64,000 bases of DNA from Desulfarculales bacterium (lineage in GTDB: Bacteria > Desulfobacterota > Desulfarculia > Desulfarculales > Desulfarculaceae), in assembly GCA_031267815.1 (NCBI GenBank), contig JAIRYI010000037.1:8471-72470 (forward strand), given 5' to 3'. The notes under the pieces were generated by a model, which was not told the DNA's origin, did not search any database, and saw nothing but the letters and a program-made list of their open reading frames with translations. Position 1 is the stretch's first letter. Each line of letters begins with the position of its first letter. Positions 1 through 6,761 of this stretch are shown here, one piece after another. The position numbers and the translations under genes are program-made.

Positions 1-1151
1 TGTGGGGCATGATCGTGGGAGCTTATGGCTGGGGTTATCTTTCCGACCGCCTGGGCCGCCGGCTCTGTTTGCAGTCCACCATTCTGATTTATGCCATTTT
101 CACCGGCCTGTGCGCTCTGGCTTTAGGGCCTATCAGCCTGTTTATCGCCAGATTTCTTACCGGAACCGGTTTGGGCGGCATGGTGCCTGTGGACTACGCG
201 GTGGTGGCCGAATTTGTTCCGGCCAAACATCGCGGCCGTTTCCTGGCCTGCGCCGTTACCATCTGGCCCATGGGCGGCCTGATTGGCGCTTTTGTAGCTC
301 TCAACCTGACTGAAGTATTCGGCTGGCAAGTTCTTTTTGTGGTAGGCGCGCTGCCGGCCCTTATGGTATTTATCATCCGGCGCTGGATCCCCGAATCTTC
401 CCGCTTCCTGCTTTCCACCAACCGTCCGGAAGAAGCTGAAAAAGTGGTTTGGTTCATGGAAGAGAGATCCGGCATCACTGATCATAAACCTTTGGAAGCC
501 CCGGAGGACGGCGATTTCAGCATTTACAAAGACAATCCCCCCAGCTTTTTTGAACTTTTCAAAAAACAATTCATTGTGCGCACCATTGTGGTCTGGGGGG
601 TATGGTTTGCCCATTGTGTTCCCTACTATGCGGTAGGCTTATGGCTGCCTACTCTGATGACCAAATACTTTGGAATTGAGCGGGCGACCACATTTAAAAT
701 AATGATGTTGGTTGTGTGCGTGGGCATTGTGGGCCGGGCCTGCTGCATGCTCTTAATTGAAAAAGCCGGCCGCAAGGCGCTTCTCATTGTCTACTCTCTG
801 TGCGGCGCGGTATGTATGTGCATATATCCTCAAGCGGGCGATACAACTCAGCTCATAATTATTGCCTGCTGCGCCTCTTTTTTCTACGAAGGCATATGGT
901 GCGCCATTGTTCCTTACACCGCGGAAAATTATCCTACCCATATCCGCTCCACCGCTTCCGGCGCCGCCAGCGCCGCCGGGCGCTGGGCGGCGGTGGTTGG
1001 CCCCATTTTTGTCGGCTACGCTCTTAACCTCAACTCTCTGGGCCTGCTGTTCTATACCTTTGCCGTTTGCATGGTGATTTTAGCCATCCTGGTATATGTG
1101 CTGGGCCGGGAAACCGCGGGCAAGAGTCTGGAAGAACTCGGCAACAATTAA
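1..1151 (+). CDS. MFS transporter (5' end cut by window edge)
   Basis: ORF 9..1151 stays open back to nt 3. It starts inside the MFS loop 2-3 signature (GYLSDRLGRRL), followed by many hydrophobic helices and PESSRFL after TM6. Confidence 0.85.
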   Translation, partial: WGMIVGAYGWGYLSDRLGRRLCLQSTILIYAIFTGLCALALGPISLFIARFLTGTGLGGMVPVDYAVVAEFVPAKHRGRFLACAVTIWPMGGLIGAFVALNLTEVFGWQVLFVVGALPALMVFIIRRWIPESSRFLLSTNRPEEAEKVVWFMEERSGITDHKPLEAPEDGDFSIYKDNPPSFFELFKKQFIVRTIVVWGVWFAHCVPYYAVGLWLPTLMTKYFGIERATTFKIMMLVVCVGIVGRACCMLLIEKAGRKALLIVYSLCGAVCMCIYPQAGDTTQLIIIACCASFFYEGIWCAIVPYTAENYPTHIRSTASGAASAAGRWAAVVGPIFVGYALNLNSLGLLFYTFAVCMVILAILVYVLGRETAGKSLEELGNN

Positions 1152-1154
1152 AGC

Positions 1155-1193
1155 AAGGGCGGGGGTCTTGAGGACAAAAGACTCCCGCCCTTT
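1155..1193 (+). terminator. Intrinsic-terminator-like hairpin after the MFS gene
   Basis: 15-bp GC-rich stem AAGGGCGGGGGTCTT / AAGACTCCCGCCCTT (one mismatch) with an 8-nt loop, ending in TTT, 4 nt after the stop codon. Confidence 0.6.
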
Positions 1194-1257
1194 CCTGACT
1201 GACTTTATTTTTCATGTTCTGCCGATGGCCAAGCGGCTTATGCCTCCACATACTACT

Positions 1258-1298
1258 CCCTCATTGGGAGTCATTTATGAAATGACTCCCAATGAGGG
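1258..1298. repeat. Perfect 19-bp-stem palindrome (family B-related hairpin)
   Basis: CCCTCATTGGGAGTCATTT-ATG-AAATGACTCCCAATGAGGG. It shares the core ATTTATGAAATGA(A)CTC with hairpins at 3461, 18282 (rc) and 43831. Confidence 0.8.
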
Positions 1299-1365
1299 TA
1301 TTGCCCCCCCAAAAAAGCTTTTGTCTTTACTGATCCGGGGTAAAATTTGTCTGAGGAACAAAAAA

Positions 1366-2151
1366 ATGGATTTGCGCATATATCCCATCAAAACCGGTTA
1401 TATTTGCCTGGACAAAGGGTTAATGGTCACTCCGGGCGCGGATACGGGAACGAAGCTGCTGGTTCCCGCCATTTGCTACCTGATTGTTTACGGCAATCTT
1501 AAAATTCTAATTGATACGGGCATGCCGGATACAGAGCGCGCCGGCTGGCATTTCCCCGGATCCCGCCAGAAAGAGGAAGAGCGCATCGACCGCCAGTTGG
1601 CCAGCCTGTCGACAGATCCTGACGATATTTCCAGCGTTATTTTTACTCATCTGCATTGGGATCACTGTTCAAATCTGCACTTTTTTAAAAAAGCCAGTCT
1701 GTATGTGCAGCGCAGAGAACTGGCTTTCGCGCTCAACCCTCATCCTCTCAATTACAAAGCCTATGAGGCGGAAGCGGTGGGCATGACCCCGCCTTTCGCA
1801 AATTCAAAATTTACCGTTTGGGACGGGCCTTTTAAGCTCCATGGTTTTATAGACATATTCCCTACCCCCGGACATTCCATCGGCCATCAGTCACTGTCTG
1901 TCGGCGCCGGGGATGACAAATGGATAATATGCGGAGACGCCATTTATAATGAGAACACTTTTAATCCCAAAGACCATCTTCCTTATCAGGCCACCGGTTC
2001 CGGTTTTGATCTCTGGGAGCAATATGACAGTATTGGAACTATATTAAACAAAGCTGAAGGCAAAAAAGAAAGGCTTTTGTATCCGCACAGTGAAATTTCA
2101 CTGCGTCGGGAATATTATCAGATTAATCAGCGTTTTCTTAACCCTCTCTGA
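1366..2151 (+). CDS. MBL-fold metallo-hydrolase (N-acyl-homoserine-lactonase-like)
   Basis: ORF 1096..2151 trimmed to ATG 1366, because the upstream part runs through the terminator and the palindrome. HxHxDH zinc motif (THLHWDHCSN), later PGHSIGH and CGD. Confidence 0.8.
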   Translation: MDLRIYPIKTGYICLDKGLMVTPGADTGTKLLVPAICYLIVYGNLKILIDTGMPDTERAGWHFPGSRQKEEERIDRQLASLSTDPDDISSVIFTHLHWDHCSNLHFFKKASLYVQRRELAFALNPHPLNYKAYEAEAVGMTPPFANSKFTVWDGPFKLHGFIDIFPTPGHSIGHQSLSVGAGDDKWIICGDAIYNENTFNPKDHLPYQATGSGFDLWEQYDSIGTILNKAEGKKERLLYPHSEISLRREYYQINQRFLNPL

Positions 2152-2173
2152 CCAGGATTGCCAAGGAGTAACA

Positions 2174-3217
2174 ATGGAAAAAATTATTTTGGGGCGTACC
2201 GGCCTGACTGTAACCCGCACTTCTTTTGGCGCTCTGCCTATTCAAAGAAGAAGCATGGATGACGCCATACCTATTTTTAAAAAAGCCTATGAAAGCGGGA
2301 TAACCCTTTTCGATACCGCCCGCGGATACACGGACAGTGAAGCTAAAATAGGCCGCGCTCTTTCTCCGGTCCGCGGGAATATTGTTATAACTACTAAATG
2401 TAAACCTAAAAACGGCGGGGAACTCCTGGAGATGCTTGAAACCAGCCTCAGCAATCTGCGTACCGATTATGTGGATGTGCTGCAGTTTCATTTTGCCGCC
2501 TTTGTACCCAAACCGGAGGATGGCTCCGGCATTTATGAAGCCATGCTGAAGGCGCGGGAACAGGGCAAGATCCGTTTTATTGGGCTTACCGCTCACGCCT
2601 TGCCGGTTGCCATGGAAGCGGCCCAATCCGGACTTTATGACACGGTACAGTATCCCTTAAGCCTGCTTTCCAGCGACAGAGATCTGCAATTAATTGATGT
2701 ATGCAAACAGCACCATGTCGGCCTGCTGGCCATGAAAGCCATTGGCGGCGGGCTTATCCGCCACATCCCGGCCGCTTTCGCTTTTCTGCGCCGCTTTGAA
2801 AATGTCGTGCCTTTGTGGGGCATTGAAAAAATGGAGGAATTGGAGGAATTTATAGCTTTGGAAGCCAATCCGCCGCAATGGGGCGCGGAAATTGAGGCGG
2901 CGGTTGCCAATGAACGCGCGGAATTGGGGGGTAATTTCTGCCGGGGATGCGGCTATTGCCTGCCTTGTCCCGCGCAAATAGATATCCCCACGGTGGCCCG
3001 TTCGGGATTGGGTTCTCACCGCCTGCCGGCCCAGATATTCGCAAGCCCCGAGTGGCAGCATAAAGTGCGCCGGGCGGACGAATGCGTTGAGTGCAAGGAA
3101 TGCGCATCCCGCTGCCCTTACGAGTTAAAAACATATCAGCTTATCAAGGATCAAGCCAAAATATATTGGCAGACTTTACAGGATATGAGGATTCCTTTGG
3201 CCGGCGAGCCTGCCTGA
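2174..3217 (+). CDS. Aldo/keto reductase with C-terminal 4Fe-4S ferredoxin-type domain
   Basis: ATG 2174 is preceded by AAGGAG (2164-2169). AKR N-terminus (LGRTGLTVTRTSFGALPIQ, FDTARGYTDSE) and C-terminal Cys clusters CRGCGYCLPCP and CVECKECASRCP. Confidence 0.85.
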   Translation: MEKIILGRTGLTVTRTSFGALPIQRRSMDDAIPIFKKAYESGITLFDTARGYTDSEAKIGRALSPVRGNIVITTKCKPKNGGELLEMLETSLSNLRTDYVDVLQFHFAAFVPKPEDGSGIYEAMLKAREQGKIRFIGLTAHALPVAMEAAQSGLYDTVQYPLSLLSSDRDLQLIDVCKQHHVGLLAMKAIGGGLIRHIPAAFAFLRRFENVVPLWGIEKMEELEEFIALEANPPQWGAEIEAAVANERAELGGNFCRGCGYCLPCPAQIDIPTVARSGLGSHRLPAQIFASPEWQHKVRRADECVECKECASRCPYELKTYQLIKDQAKIYWQTLQDMRIPLAGEPA

Positions 3218-3316
3218 GTTACCATAAAAATTAACGCCTCCGATCGCAAAAAAATTAATAAGTGTATTTGAAGCTTGACTTATTACCTTATAATTAGTTA
3301 TCCTATTCTAATAGAC

Positions 3317-3346
3317 CCTTAAAAAGCCGTTTTCGGCTTTTTAAGG
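3317..3346. terminator. Family A palindromic hairpin / probable bidirectional terminator
   Basis: Perfect 13-bp stem CCTTAAAAAGCCG-TTTT-CGGCTTTTTAAGG. Same architecture as the hairpins at 26639 and 48265. Confidence 0.6.
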
Positions 3347-3460
3347 AAAGAATGCTTACGGGTCAAGTAAATTGCGGCTCGCTTATAGCCGGCGTCAGCC
3401 GCCTGGCAAACAGTGGGAACTAAAACCCAAACCTTTCGCTTCTGCAGTGAAGCGAAATTC

Positions 3461-3492
3461 TCATAAATCGCCATGATTTATGAAATTAACTC
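3461..3492 (+). repeat. Family B hairpin + tail (TCATAAATC..GATTTATGA-AATTAACTC)
   Basis: 9-bp stem TCATAAATC/GATTTATGA with loop GCCAT, then AATTAACTC. Homologous to 43831..43868 and, in reverse complement, to 18282..18318. Confidence 0.7.
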
Positions 3493-3529
3493 TAAATATT
3501 AACCGCGTAATACAGGAATTCTTAAGCTT

Positions 3530-5614
3530 ATGAGCGAACAAATCAAACTTACCCGTACCTTTGCGTTAATCGGCCACGGCGGAAGCGGCAAAACCTCCAT
3601 GGCGGAAGCGTTTCTCTTTAATGCCAAAGCGGTGGACCGCCTGGGTAAAGTTGGCGACGGCACATCGGTTCTGGACTATGAACCGGAAGAAGTAAAACGC
3701 GGCGCCAGCGTAAGTTCCGCGTTTGGTCATTACAGTTTTAAAAAACACAGTATCCACTTTATTGATACCCCCGGCGACGACAATTTTCTTTATGAGGCTA
3801 TTTCTTCGCTGCGCGCCGTGGATGGGGCGATCATGGTTATCGACGCCATTGACGGGGTCAAGGTGCAAGGGGAAAAAGTATGGCGGCATTTGCAGGAGGC
3901 AGGCCTGCCCTGCTTGCTGGCTGTCAATAAAATGGACCGGGAGCGGGCCGACTATGACAAAGCTTGCGCCATGATTCCGGAAATTTTGGGAATTAAACCG
4001 GTTCTGCTGCAAATTCCGATAGGAACAGGCGAAAACTTCAAAGGCGTGGTTAATCTTCTGACCAATAAAGCCTATCTCTTTGAAGCGGACGGCGGCAATA
4101 AATTAACTGATATCCCGGCCGACATGGCGGACGACGTCTCCCTGGCCCGCGAAACTTTGATTGAAGATATAGCCGAGGCTGAAGATTCCCTGATGGAGCG
4201 TTATCTGGAAGGAGAAGAACTAAGCGCGGAGGATCTGGCCGCGGCCCTGGCTAAAGGGGTGAAAGAGCGTCTTTTTGTTCCTGTGGCCTGTTGTGCTGCC
4301 CTCAAAAATTTCGCGGTAACTCCCATCATGGAATTTATTAATCAGCTTCTTCCTTCGCCGGAAGACCGGGGCCCGGTTATGGGCGTCAAACCGGGCGGTG
4401 ATGAGGCCGTTGGCCGGTCCCCGGAAGAAAACGCTCCTTTCTGCGCCCTGGTTTTCAAAACCGTGGCCGACCCTTTTGCCGGCCGCCTCTCCATGTTAAG
4501 AGTTTTTTCAGGCAAACTAAAAAGCGACATGCAACTGTATAATCCGCAAAAGAGCGCCAAAGAACGGTTTAATCAACTCTATCAAATGACCGGCAAAACC
4601 ACTAAACCAATCAATGAGGCCCTGCCCGGCGATTTAATCGCCATTCCTAAACTTAAAGACACTGCCACCGGCGATACTCTTTGCGATGAAAAAAATGTCA
4701 TTATCCTTCCGCCTTTAAATCCTCCCGCTTCGGTAATCAGTTATGCTATTGCGGCCAAAGAAAAAGGCGATGAGGAAAAAATGTTCGCGGCCATCAATAA
4801 ATTACTGGAAGAAGACCCTACCTTGCGCCTGGAGCGCGATCCCATGACTAATGAGGCTATTCTCTCCGGTATGGGTTCGGTCCACATTGAAACCACTCTG
4901 GAGCGCCTGCGCCGTAAATTCAATGCGGAAGTGCAGCTCAAAACCCCTAAAGTGCCTTATCGGGAAACTATCAAAGGCAAGACAAGAGTCCAGGGCCGCT
5001 ATAAAAAACAGACCGGGGGCAAGGGCCAGTTCGGTGATACCTGGCTGGAAATAGAACCGGCCGGCCACGGCGAAGGATTCATTTTTGTAGACGAAATCGT
5101 GGGAGGCGCCATTCCCCGCAACTTCATCCCGGCGGTGGAAAAAGGCATTGCCGAAGCCATGCAAAAAGGAGTATTCGCCGGTTATCCAATGATCGACGTC
5201 AAGGTGCATCTGGTGGACGGTTCCTATCACGCGGTGGACAGTTCCGAAATGGCTTTTAAAGTGGCCGGTTCCCTGGGATTTAAAAAAGGAACCTTGCAAT
5301 GCAAACCCACCTTGCTGGAACCGATTATGCTCCTTACCGTTACCGTGCCCGAAGACGCTATGGGCGATGTAATGGGCGATATAAGTTCCCGCCGCGGCAA
5401 AGTCTTAGGTATGGAGGCCAAAGGCAATCTCCAGGTAATAAGCGCCCATGTGCCTATGGCGGAAGTCCTGACCTATCAGCCGGAACTGACCTCCATGACC
5501 GGAGGGAGAGGAGCCTTCAGCATGAGTATGGCTCATTATGAAGAAGCGCCCGGTGACGTCCAGGCCAAAATAGTGGAAGCTTTCCAGGCCAGTAAAGGTG
5601 AAGACGAAGAATAG
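3530..5614 (+). CDS. fusA: Elongation factor G paralogue (EF-G2-like)
   Basis: 694 aa with a five-domain EF-G layout. G1 is GHGGSGKTS, G3 is DTPGDDNF (His replaced by Asp), G4 is NKMD. Domain IV/V motifs are present (GGAIPRNFIPAVEKG, HAVDSSEMAFK). It is not next to rpsL/rpsG/tuf. Confidence 0.9.
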   Translation: MSEQIKLTRTFALIGHGGSGKTSMAEAFLFNAKAVDRLGKVGDGTSVLDYEPEEVKRGASVSSAFGHYSFKKHSIHFIDTPGDDNFLYEAISSLRAVDGAIMVIDAIDGVKVQGEKVWRHLQEAGLPCLLAVNKMDRERADYDKACAMIPEILGIKPVLLQIPIGTGENFKGVVNLLTNKAYLFEADGGNKLTDIPADMADDVSLARETLIEDIAEAEDSLMERYLEGEELSAEDLAAALAKGVKERLFVPVACCAALKNFAVTPIMEFINQLLPSPEDRGPVMGVKPGGDEAVGRSPEENAPFCALVFKTVADPFAGRLSMLRVFSGKLKSDMQLYNPQKSAKERFNQLYQMTGKTTKPINEALPGDLIAIPKLKDTATGDTLCDEKNVIILPPLNPPASVISYAIAAKEKGDEEKMFAAINKLLEEDPTLRLERDPMTNEAILSGMGSVHIETTLERLRRKFNAEVQLKTPKVPYRETIKGKTRVQGRYKKQTGGKGQFGDTWLEIEPAGHGEGFIFVDEIVGGAIPRNFIPAVEKGIAEAMQKGVFAGYPMIDVKVHLVDGSYHAVDSSEMAFKVAGSLGFKKGTLQCKPTLLEPIMLLTVTVPEDAMGDVMGDISSRRGKVLGMEAKGNLQVISAHVPMAEVLTYQPELTSMTGGRGAFSMSMAHYEEAPGDVQAKIVEAFQASKGEDEE

Positions 5615-5646
5615 TACGCTGTAACACTTAAAAATGTATATTTAGC

Positions 5647-5665
5647 AACCCAAGCCGTTGGGTTT
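5647..5665. terminator. Short hairpin after EF-G2
   Basis: AACCCAA-GCCG-TTGGGTT followed by T, 33 nt after the stop codon. The stem is weak. Confidence 0.35.
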
Positions 5666-5721
5666 AAACGGCAGATTTCCGGGTGCTTGAAGCGGTTAGA
5701 GATATCAACATACATACCCAA

Positions 5722-6569
5722 CTAATCCGTCAGTCCCAACTCCTGGGCGCTGGGCGCATTAATTTCCGGCCACTCAAAGGGAAGGCCAACCTCCTTCGCT
5801 CCCAGGCTGACCTGAACAGGCTTGGAGCCTTCTTCCGCCACAAAGGGATTGCCCTGGGGAAAGTTGAGATTATAAGCTGTAATGCCGCTGATTTCCGAAG
5901 AGCTAAACTCATCTGGTAACTGAGACGGCTTATCACCGCGCTCTCGGCTATGCTGCCCGAACCCTGGAAATAACGCAAACCATTTTTTCCGCTGACAGAA
6001 GGCCCGCCTTCCCGGTCGGAAAAAATAAGCTTGTGTTTGTTTTCGCTGTGTTCAAAGTAATAATATATGCCTTCTTCCTCACACAGCCGGGATATAAAAT
6101 GCAGGTCTGATTCCGCGTATTGCACGCAGTATTCCCGGACAGGATATTTATCGGCACATTTGAATTCCCATAAACTGTAATCAAAACCCTGCTGTTTTAG
6201 AATATTTTCAATAATGTCAATTATATTTTTATTCTGGAAAACGCGCTGTTCCTGGTTTAAACCCAAAAACCAAAAACGCGGGACCAACAGGCATTTATAG
6301 TGGGTAAAACGGTTGGCGGTATGAAGCTGCTCGATCTGGCGGATAACCCCGTGGACATGGCGGGTGATCCCGCTCCGCTCCAAGATGCTTAAATGAGCAT
6401 CCAGGCCCAGCATGACGGTTATGTCTTCACTGGCGGAAAGGCTGACAAATTCTATAGCAAACTCAAAGGGTTCGCTTACGCTTTCCTTGCCTTCAAAACT
6501 GTATACGGGAAAAGAACCGACCCCGCCGACGGCAAAATCAAACCAACTGGAATTGGCCAATAAAGACAT
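5722..6569 (-). pseudogene. vgrG: vgrG (T6SS spike) remnant: gp27-like N-terminal part only, frameshifted and truncated
   Basis: VgrG N-terminal signatures are present (EPFEFAIEFVS, RHVHGVIRQIEQL, YKCLLVPRFWFL, REYCVQYAESDLHFISRLCEEEGIYYYFEH, KHKLIFSD). The frame breaks near 5905-5925. The shifted frame continues LPDEFSSSEISGITAYNLNFPQ... to TAG at 5722-5724. Total is ~280 codons versus more than 600 for an intact VgrG. Confidence 0.75.
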
Positions 6570-6626
6570 AACGCCCCCTGTACATGTTAAAATTTACTGT
6601 TTTAAATTAACTTAAATCTCCTTACA

Positions 6627-6754
6627 GTCGATCTTGAAAAATATTAATACACTGATATTATAGCGTAATTTTTGCAAAACTGCGTATTTTAGCGGCCGCT
6701 TTCAAAAGGTTGAAGCTCGTTCCCGCCAAGGGAAGCGTTTTTTCAGCCTTGGTC
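6627..6754 (+). repeat. MITE-like family A element (long copy, degenerate right end)
   Basis: Begins GTCGATCTTGAAAAATATTAA. The first ~68 bp are roughly four-fifths identical by eye to the reverse complement of 48416..48483. It ends GCGTTTTTTCAGCCTTGGTC and contains CTCGTTCCCGCC, also present at 18347. Confidence 0.7.
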
Positions 6755-6761
6755 AGGAAAA

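Noticed and set aside
1096-1365. N-terminal 90 codons of track ORF 1096..2151
   Set aside because: This part overlaps the end of the MFS gene and reads through a terminator hairpin and the 19-bp palindrome. ATG 1366 gives a normal-length MBL protein.
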